Shown here one piece after another: positions 50,618 to 60,019 of a DNA stretch of 64,000 bases (within the stretch, counting starts at the first letter, position 1; every line of letters begins with the position of its first letter). The position numbers and the translations under genes are program-made. Source of the stretch: an uncultured Pelagibacteraceae bacterium (GTDB lineage: Bacteria > Pseudomonadota > Alphaproteobacteria > Pelagibacterales > Pelagibacteraceae); assembly GCA_902590115.1 (NCBI GenBank), contig CACIVM010000002.1, forward strand, positions 29,092-93,091, written 5' to 3'. Under the pieces are notes generated by a model that was not told the origin of the DNA, made no database searches, and saw nothing but the letters and a program-made list of their open reading frames with translations.

Positions 50618-51539
50618 TTATACTTTCAATATCCTCATTGGTATTTATATTTAATACAGTATGATTTTTTAAAGTTCGTTTTACAAGTCCACTTAATACT
50701 TTTCCTGGACCAATTTCAATAAATTCTTTTATTCCATTATTTGCCATAAATAACATAGACTCTCTCCATCTTACTAGAGAATAAATTTGTTTTATCAAAA
50801 GACTTTTTATTTTTGTAGGTTCATTTTCAGCAGAAGCTGTCACATTACTTATAATTTCTATATTTGGCCTAATAAAGTTTACACTTGAAATTTTTGTCGA
50901 CATTTTTTCCGATGCTGGTTTCATAAGGCTGCAATGGAATGGTGCACTCACCGGTAAAACAATATTCTTTATTTTTTCTTTTTTCAAATCTTCTTGGATC
51001 TTTTCTACAGACTTTTTCAGCCCACTCAAAATTATTTGTCCTGTAGAATTGTCATTGGCTATTTCACAAATAAAATTGGAATCTTTATTGTCATCTAATA
51101 TTTTATTAATTCTAGCAAGTTCACAGCCTAGAACTGCAATCATTTTGCCCTCACCTATTTTAACTGCCTCTTGCATAGCTTTTCCCCTTTCATTTAATAA
51201 GAAAAGTGCTTCACTAAACTTTATTGAGTTTGAACAAACTAATGCACTATATTCACCTAATGAATGACCACAAAAAAATTTACAATTTTTTAAATCAAAA
51301 TTTCCAAGGCTTTCAATTAATTTAAAGATAGAGTAGCTAATGATTAATATTGCTGGTTGAGTAATTTGGGTTTTATTAAGTTCTTCAGGCGGCCCTTCTA
51401 ATATTACTTTAGAAATTTTAAATCCTAATATTTTATCTGCTTCATAAAATATTTTCTTAACTAAATCATGTTTCTCAAAAATCTCACGACCCATACCTAC
51501 CGATTGAGATCCTTGACCTGGGAAAAGTAATGCTTTCAT
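50598..51539 (-). CDS. fabD: Malonyl-CoA:ACP transacylase
   Basis: FPGQGSQ, TQPAI, GHSLGEY, VSAPFHC, EIGPGKVL. Confidence 0.98.
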   Translation of the reverse strand: MKALLFPGQGSQSVGMGREIFEKHDLVKKIFYEADKILGFKISKVILEGPPEELNKTQITQPAILIISYSIFKLIESLGNFDLKNCKFFCGHSLGEYSALVCSNSIKFSEALFLLNERGKAMQEAVKIGEGKMIAVLGCELARINKILDDNKDSNFICEIANDNSTGQIILSGLKKSVEKIQEDLKKEKIKNIVLPVSAPFHCSLMKPASEKMSTKISSVNFIRPNIEIISNVTASAENEPTKIKSLLIKQIYSLVRWRESMLFMANNGIKEFIEIGPGKVLSGLVKRTLKNHTVLNINTNEDIESINDKFKK

Positions 51540-51564
51540 TTAACAAATATAATACTTTTTCTTA

Positions 51565-51593
51565 TTGAAATAAATTATCTATAATAGTATAAA
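51565..51593 (+). promoter_or_regulatory. Candidate sigma70 promoter for rpsF-rpsR-rplI
   Basis: TTGAAA-N17-TATAAA, 36 nt upstream of the rpsF ATG. Confidence 0.55.
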
Positions 51594-51629
51594 CCATCGT
51601 TAATAAAAAACATTTTATACTAACTTAGC

Positions 51630-51953
51630 ATGAATTATTACGAACACACATTTATAGCAAAACAAGATTTAACATCAAAAGATATCAACAGTTTGAAAGA
51701 TAAGTATGCAGAAATTATAAAAACAACTGAGGGTAAAGTGCATAAAATTGAAGAATGGGGACTCCTTAATTTCGCTAGAAAACTTAAAAATCATAATAAG
51801 GGATATTATGTTCATTATAAATTCGAAGGAAGTGGTAAAACACTAGATGAAATAAAGAAAAAAATTAATATTGATGATAAAATATTAAAATATCTTACAA
51901 TTAAATATAAAAAACTTGATTTAAAAAATGAGTATTTCAAAAAAAAAGAATAA
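51630..51953 (+). CDS. rpsF: 30S ribosomal protein S6
   Basis: YEH.FI...D, E.WG...A..., G.Y; first gene of the rpsF-rpsR-rplI cluster. Confidence 0.95.
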   Translation: MNYYEHTFIAKQDLTSKDINSLKDKYAEIIKTTEGKVHKIEEWGLLNFARKLKNHNKGYYVHYKFEGSGKTLDEIKKKINIDDKILKYLTIKYKKLDLKNEYFKKKE

Positions 51954-52226
51954 ATGAAGAGAAAAGGAAATAAAAAATTTAAACGTACTCAAAACCCTTT
52001 GAATAAATTGAGCTTATTTCAAAAAAATGACTCAAGACTAGGAAAAAAATGTCCACTATCTGGTAAAGACCAGCCTACTATCGACTATAAAAACATAAAA
52101 CTTTTAAAAAAATATGTAACAGAAAATAGTAAGATAATTTCATCTCGAATAACTTCAGTATCTCAAGCAAAACAAAAAATGTTAAATAGAGAAATCAAAA
52201 GAGCAAAAATTTTGAATTTAATTTAA
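51954..52226 (+). CDS. rpsR: 30S ribosomal protein S18 (divergent, Zn-free type)
   Basis: CP......IDYKN..LL..Y.TE..KI..SRIT....KQ......IKRA. Confidence 0.93.
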   Translation: MKRKGNKKFKRTQNPLNKLSLFQKNDSRLGKKCPLSGKDQPTIDYKNIKLLKKYVTENSKIISSRITSVSQAKQKMLNREIKRAKILNLI

Positions 52227-52227
52227 A

Positions 52228-52683
52228 ATGCAAGTAATATTATTAGAAAATATTTCAAAATTAGGAAAAATTGGTGATCAAGTGAAAGTAAAAGATGGTT
52301 ACGGTAGAAATTTCTTAATTAAATCTGGTAAAGCACTAAGGGCTAACAAAGAAAATATTGATTTCGTCAATAAAAAGAAAGAAGAGCTTACTAAAAAGAA
52401 TAATGAAATTAAGAAAAAATTTTTAGAGATTGCAAAGAAAATTAATGGAAAAAATCTCAATTTTTCAAAAGAGTCAAAAGAAAATGGCGACCTTTTTGCC
52501 TCAATAAAACCAAAAGAAATTTCAAACTATTTTAAAGAAAATTTAAATTCAGATATTTCACCATCACAGATAGAGTTAAAACAAGAAATAAATAAAATTG
52601 GCAAGTATAAAATAGCAATAAATTTATATCCTGAAGTATCAGCTGAAAATACTATTATTATTAAAAAAAGAGATACAAAATAA
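52228..52683 (+). CDS. rplI: 50S ribosomal protein L9
   Basis: MQVILLE....LG..GD.VKVKDGYGRNFLI..GKA. Confidence 0.97.
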   Translation: MQVILLENISKLGKIGDQVKVKDGYGRNFLIKSGKALRANKENIDFVNKKKEELTKKNNEIKKKFLEIAKKINGKNLNFSKESKENGDLFASIKPKEISNYFKENLNSDISPSQIELKQEINKIGKYKIAINLYPEVSAENTIIIKKRDTK

Positions 52684-52692
52684 TTTTCCACA
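52684..52692 (+). promoter_or_regulatory. DnaA box upstream of dnaB
   Basis: TTTTCCACA is an exact match to TT(A/T)TNCACA, at the start of the 72-bp rplI-dnaB spacer. Confidence 0.45.
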
Positions 52693-52755
52693 GGTTGAAA
52701 AAATAGTGCGTAACTTTAAATTTGTAATTTAGATTTATTGTTTTAATATTTATTA

Positions 52756-54183
52756 ATGGAAAATATTAAAATTGAGAAAAGTAGTACAATTGAAAAAAAA
52801 TTACCATCAAATTTAGAAGCGGAACAATCTGTTATTGGATCAGTTCTGGTCAATAATGATATAATTGATGAGATCTCATCTATAATTAAATCAAATAATT
52901 TTTTTGACCCAGCTCACAGAAAAATTTACGAGTTAATTGAAGAATTAAATAATAAGGGTATGATAGCTAATCCTATCACTTTAAAGAATTTTTTAGAAAA
53001 AAGCGATTCTTTATCGGAGGTTGGCGGTATAGATTATTTAGTCAAACTCACAAGATTTTCATCGTCTATAAAGCAGGCAGTAGATTATGCAAAAATTGTT
53101 CATGAAATGTATGTAAAAAGAGAATTAATACTTATTTCAGAAAATTTAACGCTTGAGGCTAAGGAAGATAATATTGATAATACATCTGATAAGATTATAG
53201 AAAAAGCTGAGCAATCTTTATACCAATTAGCTGAGAAAGGTTCGTTCTCACAATCCTATATAAAATTCAATCAAGCTTTAGAGCAAACAATAGAAATGGC
53301 AACTCAAGCTGTAAAAAATGATCAAGGGATAGTAGGTGTGCCTACTGGACTAAAAGATTTAGATGAAAAACTAGGTGGCCTTCATAAATCTGATCTTGTA
53401 ATAATTGCTGGAAGACCTTCAATGGGTAAAACTGCTTTAGCGACAAATATAGCCTATCACGCATCAAAAAAGATTATGGATAACAATGAAAAAAGTTCTG
53501 TTGCTTTTTTTTCATTAGAAATGTCATCAGAGCAACTCTCAACAAGAATATTGTCTGAGCAAACAAGAATACAACAAAACGATATTCGAAGAGGTAAGGC
53601 TACGGAAGAAGAATTAGAAAGATATATTGAGGCATCAAGAAATATTAATGATTTACCGCTTTATATAGATGAGACTCCAGCAATTACGATTTCAGCATTA
53701 AGCAACAGAGCCAGAAGGTTAAAAAGATTATTTGGCTTAAAGTTAATAGTAGTAGATTATCTACAGTTAATGAGAACCTACTCAAAAAAGAATGAAAGTA
53801 GAGTACAAGAAATTTCTGAAATAACTCAAGGTTTAAAAGCTTTAGCAAAAGAGCTTAGTGTTCCGGTATTAGCTTTATCTCAATTATCCAGAGCAGTAGA
53901 ACAAAGAGACAAAAAAATACCTGAATTATCTGATTTAAGGGAGTCAGGATCAATTGAGCAAGATGCGGATGTTGTTTTATTTGTTTATAGAGAGGAATAC
54001 TATGTGGAAAAACAACAACCTAAAATTGGTTCTATAGAGCACGCTGAGTGGCAATCTAAAATGAATGATATTGCTGGATTGGCAGATATAATCATAGGTA
54101 AGCAGCGACACGGCCCCACTGGAAATATTCACGTAGAGTTTGAGGGTATGTACACTAAATTTAAAGATTTGACAAAAAAATAA
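52756..54183 (+). CDS. dnaB: Replicative DNA helicase
   Basis: P.N.EAEQ, AGRPSMGKT, FSLEMS, VDYLQL, LSQLSR, DLRESGSIEQDAD, KQRHGP; no intein. Confidence 0.99.
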   Translation: MENIKIEKSSTIEKKLPSNLEAEQSVIGSVLVNNDIIDEISSIIKSNNFFDPAHRKIYELIEELNNKGMIANPITLKNFLEKSDSLSEVGGIDYLVKLTRFSSSIKQAVDYAKIVHEMYVKRELILISENLTLEAKEDNIDNTSDKIIEKAEQSLYQLAEKGSFSQSYIKFNQALEQTIEMATQAVKNDQGIVGVPTGLKDLDEKLGGLHKSDLVIIAGRPSMGKTALATNIAYHASKKIMDNNEKSSVAFFSLEMSSEQLSTRILSEQTRIQQNDIRRGKATEEELERYIEASRNINDLPLYIDETPAITISALSNRARRLKRLFGLKLIVVDYLQLMRTYSKKNESRVQEISEITQGLKALAKELSVPVLALSQLSRAVEQRDKKIPELSDLRESGSIEQDADVVLFVYREEYYVEKQQPKIGSIEHAEWQSKMNDIAGLADIIIGKQRHGPTGNIHVEFEGMYTKFKDLTKK

Positions 54184-54227
54184 ATTTTTATTTCCAAAGT
54201 AATAGTTTAATATCATAAAGTTAGCGT

Positions 54228-56702
54228 ATGTTAGAAAAAATTTACAAAAAATTTGTTATTGATTTCCCAAAAATAACATTATTATTAATAATTATATCAA
54301 TAGTTTTCTCATTATATCACTCTAAAAAATTTAATCTCGATGCTTCATCTGATGCTCTTTTACTTGAAGGAGACAGCGATTTACAATATCTCAGAGAAGT
54401 AAATGAAAGATATGGAGCAAAAGAATTTTTATTTCTAACATATAGTCCAGTTTCAAGTTTTGAAGATAGTCAAACAATAATCAATTTAAAACTTTTAAAA
54501 TCAAAAATAGAGCAATTATCTTGGGTTGAAAAGGTAATTACTATAATTGACGTACCTCTTCTCAAAAGCACAGATGAAAGCTTAATGGAGAGGATAAAAA
54601 ATTATAAAACGCTCTCTCATCCAGAGGTTGATAAAAAAAGAGGATTTGAAGAAATTTTAGAAAGTCCAATTTATAAAAATTATGTTGTAAGTGAGGATGG
54701 AAAAACTTCGGGCATTGTAGTTTATTTAAAAGAGGATAAAAGATTAAATGAATATATTAAAATCAAGAATAAATATTATCTCCAACAAAAAAATAATACC
54801 TTAAATAATCTTGAAAAAGAAAAACTAAAAATATTCAATAAAGAGTACGAACAATATAAAAATCTTTATAATCAAAGAAATCATCAAAATATAAATGAGA
54901 TCAGAAAAATAATTACTAAATATGGTGAAAGTGCAAAAATTCATTTAGGCGGTATACCCATGATTGCTGATGACATGATGTCTTTTATTAAAAAAGATAT
55001 TATTGTTTTTGGTTTGGGAGTTTTTATTTTTATAATCATTACATTATGGTTAGTTTTTAAAAATATAAAATGGGTAATTTTTCCTCTTTTAGGTTGCTCA
55101 TGCTCTGTAATTATAATGTTGGGCTTATTAGGATTTTTAGGTTGGAAGGTTACAGTCATATCATCAAATTTTATTGCGCTAATGTTAATTTTGAATATGG
55201 CAATGAATATCCATTTAACAGTCAGATTTTTACAAATAAAAAATGACTTTCCAAATTTTACGAAGAATGATTCTGTCATGTACGCAAGCAAAAAGATGTT
55301 TTTACCAATTCTTTATACTGTATTGACTACTATTTGTGCTTTTTTGTCTTTGATTTTTAGTGGAATAAAACCAATTATTGATTTTGGTTGGATGATGACT
55401 TTAGGTTTGTCCGTTTCTCTAATAGTGACTTTTTTTTTAATTCCATCTCTTTTAAGTCTTTATGCTACTGAAAAAGATATTTCTTTTAAAGATGATCAAA
55501 AATCTCTGATTACTAATTCACTGGGTAATTTTTCAAAAAATAATACTGTAATAATTTTTGGTATAACCATCTTTGTTCTCTTAGCTAGTATAAGAGGCAT
55601 TTCTAAATTAGAAGTTGAAAACAGTTTTATTAATTATTTCGATAAAGAGACAGAAATTTATAGAGGAATGAAAAAAATTGATGATGATTTAGGTGGGACC
55701 ACTCCACTTGATGTTATTTTAAAATTTCCACAAAAAAAAATACAAAATGAGGATGATGACGAATTTTCTGAATGGGAAGAGGAAGAACAGAGCCAAGAGG
55801 ATAAATCTAAATATTGGTTTACTAGGGATAAAATGGATAGAATTTTAAAAGTACACGACTATCTAGACTCTCAACCTGAAATAGGTAAAGTTTTATCATT
55901 TGGCTCAATTTTGAGAGTTGCCGAGGATTTAAATAAAAAGGAGTTACAGAGTTTAGAAATAGCAATCTTATACAGCAAAATTCCTGAGGAAATTAAGAAA
56001 GAAGTAGTGTCTCCATATATATCAGTGGAGAAAGATGAAGCGAGAATAAATTTAAGAATTAAAGACTCTTTACAAGACTTAAAGAGGAATGAATTAATAA
56101 AAAAAATAAAAAGAGATTTAAGGGATGATTTGGGACTAACACAAGATGAATACAGATTGACTGGTGTATTAATCTTATTCAATAATTTGCTGCAAAGTTT
56201 ATTTAAGTCACAAATTTTAACTTTAGGTGTTGTAATGTTAGGGATTTCTGCAATGTTTTTTGTTTTATTTAGAAATATCCAGATATCTTTTATTGGGGTA
56301 ATTCCAAATTTTATTGCTGCCTTTTTTATTTTGGGAATAATTGGTTTAATGGAGATACCATTAGATATGATGACTATTACAATTGCAGCTATTACTATTG
56401 GAATAGCAGTCGATAATAGTATTCATTATATTTATAGATTTAAAGAAGAGTTTATAAAAATTAAAAACTATAATAAAACTATTGATCGATGTCATAGTAC
56501 AGTTGGTATAGCTATTTTAAATACTTCTATTACTATTGTCTTTGGTTTCTCAATTTTAATCTTATCTAATTTTATACCAACAATTTATTTTGGTATTTTT
56601 ACTGGTTTAGCGATGCTCTTGGCTTTGCTATCCGTTTTAACTTTACTGCCAAAATTAATTGTTGTGCTAAAGCCTTTTGGTGAAGAAAATAAAACTTCAT
56701 GA
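54228..56702 (+). CDS. MMPL/RND-superfamily transporter
   Basis: Two repeats of TM1 + large periplasmic loop + 5 TM; IGIAVDNSIH motif; F.P...FG motifs in both halves. Confidence 0.88.
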   Translation: MLEKIYKKFVIDFPKITLLLIIISIVFSLYHSKKFNLDASSDALLLEGDSDLQYLREVNERYGAKEFLFLTYSPVSSFEDSQTIINLKLLKSKIEQLSWVEKVITIIDVPLLKSTDESLMERIKNYKTLSHPEVDKKRGFEEILESPIYKNYVVSEDGKTSGIVVYLKEDKRLNEYIKIKNKYYLQQKNNTLNNLEKEKLKIFNKEYEQYKNLYNQRNHQNINEIRKIITKYGESAKIHLGGIPMIADDMMSFIKKDIIVFGLGVFIFIIITLWLVFKNIKWVIFPLLGCSCSVIIMLGLLGFLGWKVTVISSNFIALMLILNMAMNIHLTVRFLQIKNDFPNFTKNDSVMYASKKMFLPILYTVLTTICAFLSLIFSGIKPIIDFGWMMTLGLSVSLIVTFFLIPSLLSLYATEKDISFKDDQKSLITNSLGNFSKNNTVIIFGITIFVLLASIRGISKLEVENSFINYFDKETEIYRGMKKIDDDLGGTTPLDVILKFPQKKIQNEDDDEFSEWEEEEQSQEDKSKYWFTRDKMDRILKVHDYLDSQPEIGKVLSFGSILRVAEDLNKKELQSLEIAILYSKIPEEIKKEVVSPYISVEKDEARINLRIKDSLQDLKRNELIKKIKRDLRDDLGLTQDEYRLTGVLILFNNLLQSLFKSQILTLGVVMLGISAMFFVLFRNIQISFIGVIPNFIAAFFILGIIGLMEIPLDMMTITIAAITIGIAVDNSIHYIYRFKEEFIKIKNYNKTIDRCHSTVGIAILNTSITIVFGFSILILSNFIPTIYFGIFTGLAMLLALLSVLTLLPKLIVVLKPFGEENKTS

Positions 56703-57247
56703 TTAAAGATTTTTTTGATAGCATAATAAATCTATTTAATTCTTTCGATTTAATAGTCATAATTTTGATAATATACAGTGTTATTCAATGTTCAATAAAG
56801 GGATTTAGCGCAAGTTTTATTTCTTTCTTAAAATGGATCGTAGCATTGATAATGACAATTATCATAACGCCGAAATTACAACCCTGGGTATCAGAGTTTA
56901 TTGACTCTCCTTTTATCAATAACTTGGGTCTTGGCATAGCTATATACATTACTTCAATATTTTTTTTGATATTAATTGGTAGAGCAACAAAATCTTCGAT
57001 TAAATGGACAGGGTTTGGATCGATAGATAGGACGTTTGGTTTTTTTTTCGGTTTTTTTAAAGGATATGTAATTTCAGTGTGTATATTTACAATAATAAAT
57101 TGGTTTTATCCTTTTAATAATTGGAAAATAGGAGTATCAGAGGCTTTAACCTACGAAATTATAAAAAACGGAAGTGAACTTTTAATTGAGGAATTTCCTA
57201 ACTACCAAGACTTAGAAGAAGGTAAGGACATAATTGAAAAAATATAA
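56699..57247 (+). CDS. cvpA: CvpA family membrane protein
   Basis: FD...I, KGF, DRTFG.FFG..KG; directly upstream of purF. Confidence 0.9.
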   Translation: MIKDFFDSIINLFNSFDLIVIILIIYSVIQCSIKGFSASFISFLKWIVALIMTIIITPKLQPWVSEFIDSPFINNLGLGIAIYITSIFFLILIGRATKSSIKWTGFGSIDRTFGFFFGFFKGYVISVCIFTIINWFYPFNNWKIGVSEALTYEIIKNGSELLIEEFPNYQDLEEGKDIIEKI

Positions 57248-58688
57248 AAGAGATAAATTAAGAGAGGAATGTGGAATATTTGGAATATCAAATCATATTG
57301 ACTCTTCAAAATTAGTTGCACTGGGGCTTCATGCTTTACAACATAGAGGTCAAGAGGGGTGCGGTATAGTTTCATTTGACGGTAAAAACTTTCATTCTGA
57401 AAAAAAACAGGGTTTAGTCTCTGATCATTTTACAAAAATAAACGTTATAAAAAAATTACCAGGAAATTTTGCAATTGGACATAACAGATATTCAACTACC
57501 GGTGAAACTTCTTTAAGAAATATTCAACCTTTTTTTGCAGATTTATATGGGGGAGGTTTAAGTATAGCTCACAATGGAAATTTAACAAATGCGATATCGC
57601 TAAGGGAAAAATTGGTAAAAGAAGGTGCTATATTTCGTACAACGAGCGATACAGAAACAATAGTCCAGTTAATCGCAAAATCCAAGAGATCTAAAATTAT
57701 TGACAAAATAATCGAAGCTCTTTTTCAAATACAAGGTGGTTATTCATTAGTTATGATGACTAATAAAAAATTGATCGGAGTAAGAGATCCTCTCGGAATA
57801 AGACCTTTAGTTGTTGGTAAATTACAAAATTCATTTATTTTTGCATCTGAGACTTGCGCTCTGGACATTGTGGGGGCAAAATTTGTAAGAGAGGTAGAAA
57901 ATGGTGAGATAATTATAGTAGAGAATGATGATCTTAAAAGTATAAAGCCTTTTCCAGCAAAAAAAGCTAGACCATGTGTTTTTGAATACATTTATTTTGC
58001 GAGACCAGACAGTATTATAGACGGTAAATGTGCATACGAATATAGAAAAAATCTTGGGAAACAGCTTGCTATTGAGGCTAATAATGTTCATGCAGAAATA
58101 GTAGTACCTGTTCCTGACTCAGGTGTTCCAGCAGCAATTGGTTTTGCAGAAGAGTCAAAAAAGAAATTTGAGTTGGGACTCATAAGAAATCACTATGTAG
58201 GTAGAACTTTTATAGAACCAACTCAAAACATAAGAAGTCTTGGTGTGAAATTAAAATTAAGTGCTACAAAAAGTATCTTAAAGGATAAATCGATTATTCT
58301 AATTGATGACTCTTTAGTAAGAGGTACAACTTGTAATAAGATTGTTAAAATGTTGTACAAAAGTGGAGCTAGAGAAGTACATGTTAGAATAGCTTGTCCA
58401 GAAATATTATTTCCAGATTTTTATGGTGTTGATATGCCCACAAAAGACGAATTGCTTGCTAATAACAAAAATTTGGAAGAAATGAGTGAATTTATAAAAT
58501 GTAAGTCTTTAAAATTTTTGAGCTTAAAAGGATTGTATAAAGCTTTAGACAAAGGTGATAGAAATAATAATTATCCTCAATTTAGCGATCACTACTTTAC
58601 AGGCGAGTATCCAATTAAACCAACTGATAGTCTTGGAGAAGAAAAAATTACACAACTGTCATTGTTAAGCAGTAAATCAAGTTCTTAA
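57234..58688 (+). CDS. purF: Amidophosphoribosyltransferase
   Basis: Propeptide + EECGIFG, LQHRGQE, GH.RYST.G, AHNGNL.N, FEYIYFARPDS, IDDSLVRGTT; TTG start. Confidence 0.98.
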   Translation: MKKYKRDKLREECGIFGISNHIDSSKLVALGLHALQHRGQEGCGIVSFDGKNFHSEKKQGLVSDHFTKINVIKKLPGNFAIGHNRYSTTGETSLRNIQPFFADLYGGGLSIAHNGNLTNAISLREKLVKEGAIFRTTSDTETIVQLIAKSKRSKIIDKIIEALFQIQGGYSLVMMTNKKLIGVRDPLGIRPLVVGKLQNSFIFASETCALDIVGAKFVREVENGEIIIVENDDLKSIKPFPAKKARPCVFEYIYFARPDSIIDGKCAYEYRKNLGKQLAIEANNVHAEIVVPVPDSGVPAAIGFAEESKKKFELGLIRNHYVGRTFIEPTQNIRSLGVKLKLSATKSILKDKSIILIDDSLVRGTTCNKIVKMLYKSGAREVHVRIACPEILFPDFYGVDMPTKDELLANNKNLEEMSEFIKCKSLKFLSLKGLYKALDKGDRNNNYPQFSDHYFTGEYPIKPTDSLGEEKITQLSLLSSKSSS

Positions 58689-60019
58689 TGATAAATTAAT
58701 AGCTTTCCAGCTTTATTTAAAACATAAATTTTGGAGTTAGCATAAATGGGATTGTAATAAATTTTTTCTTTTAAAAGCCCATATATATTTTTAATATCGC
58801 CATTTTTTATTTTAAAATCGATAACGTAGCCTTTAGAAGTAATTGTTTGAATATTACTATTTATAAAAGATAAATTTTTGATTTGCCCTAAATTATTTAT
58901 TTTTACTTGATTATCATTTTTTATCATTTGGTTTATATTTCTCGACCAATTAACTTTTCCATTGAAATTTAAAGAGACTAAAAATCTATTTTTTGTGATT
59001 AAGAATATTTGCTCATTTATTACTAGTGGCTTAATGGTATTTTTTATTGATCGAGACCAAATAGTTTTACCGGTTAATAAATCAATTAAATGAATTTGAT
59101 TAAACGAAGAAAGTATTAGTTTTTCATTGTATAGTGTAATCGGCTGACCGTCAAAAAATCCAAATTTGTTATCAGACATACTCTCTGAAAAACTTGAAAT
59201 CCAATTTATTTTTTTGTTTAGATGATTAATTGAATATAGTTTTCCACTAGAATTTAAATAAAATAAACTTTTATTATTTGCTACAATGCTATTTTTAAAA
59301 CTTGAATTTAAATTAGTTGTCTCTGTGAGTAATTGCCAGTTCTTTTTACCAGTTTGAGAATCAATAGAATACAAAATATTGTCTTGGTTAGATAAAAAAA
59401 TTTGATCTTTAATGATCTTTATTTCAGATCTAAAAGGAATCCCGAAATTGTTAGCCCAATTTATTTTTTTTGTATTTATATTCAAACTATAAACATAACC
59501 TAAATTATCTGCTGCTATAACAGAATTATTTTTTACGTCTAATACTAAATAAAGTTTTTTTTTGTATTTTTTAAATTTTTTTTTATAAAAGTTATATTTC
59601 ATTAATATTTTTTTATCGGTAATCGAATAAACAATAACATTTGCTTTTTCGTCATTTGATATTATAACATTTCTATTTATCAATAATTTACCGCTTAGTT
59701 TAAGGTTATGCTTTTCTTTTATAAAGCTTTCATTATCAAATTTTTTTAATTTAAAGTTTTTAAAATTATTCTGAGAATTGAAATATTCATTCTCCCATAT
59801 GAAATTTTCTTTTTCTGAAATTATATTTATATCTAGATTATTTTTTACTTCCTTTTCAAAAAACTCATTTTCTTTAAAAACTTTCTCTCTTTTAAAGTTT
59901 TTTGACTTAAGCGATATTTTATTATCATTTTTACTATCTTGCCAAATTCCAGTTTTATCATCGAATGAACAGCTTAATAGAAATAGGATCGAAATTGACA
60001 ACAAAGTTATTTTTATCAT
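58685..60019 (-). CDS. PQQ-like beta-propeller lipoprotein (BamB-like)
   Basis: Lipobox LLSC; repeated G...W propeller motifs (TKKINW, TGKKNW, TGKTIW, NGKVNW); downstream of a YfgM-like gene. Confidence 0.75.
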   Translation of the reverse strand: MIKITLLSISILFLLSCSFDDKTGIWQDSKNDNKISLKSKNFKREKVFKENEFFEKEVKNNLDINIISEKENFIWENEYFNSQNNFKNFKLKKFDNESFIKEKHNLKLSGKLLINRNVIISNDEKANVIVYSITDKKILMKYNFYKKKFKKYKKKLYLVLDVKNNSVIAADNLGYVYSLNINTKKINWANNFGIPFRSEIKIIKDQIFLSNQDNILYSIDSQTGKKNWQLLTETTNLNSSFKNSIVANNKSLFYLNSSGKLYSINHLNKKINWISSFSESMSDNKFGFFDGQPITLYNEKLILSSFNQIHLIDLLTGKTIWSRSIKNTIKPLVINEQIFLITKNRFLVSLNFNGKVNWSRNINQMIKNDNQVKINNLGQIKNLSFINSNIQTITSKGYVIDFKIKNGDIKNIYGLLKEKIYYNPIYANSKIYVLNKAGKLLIYH

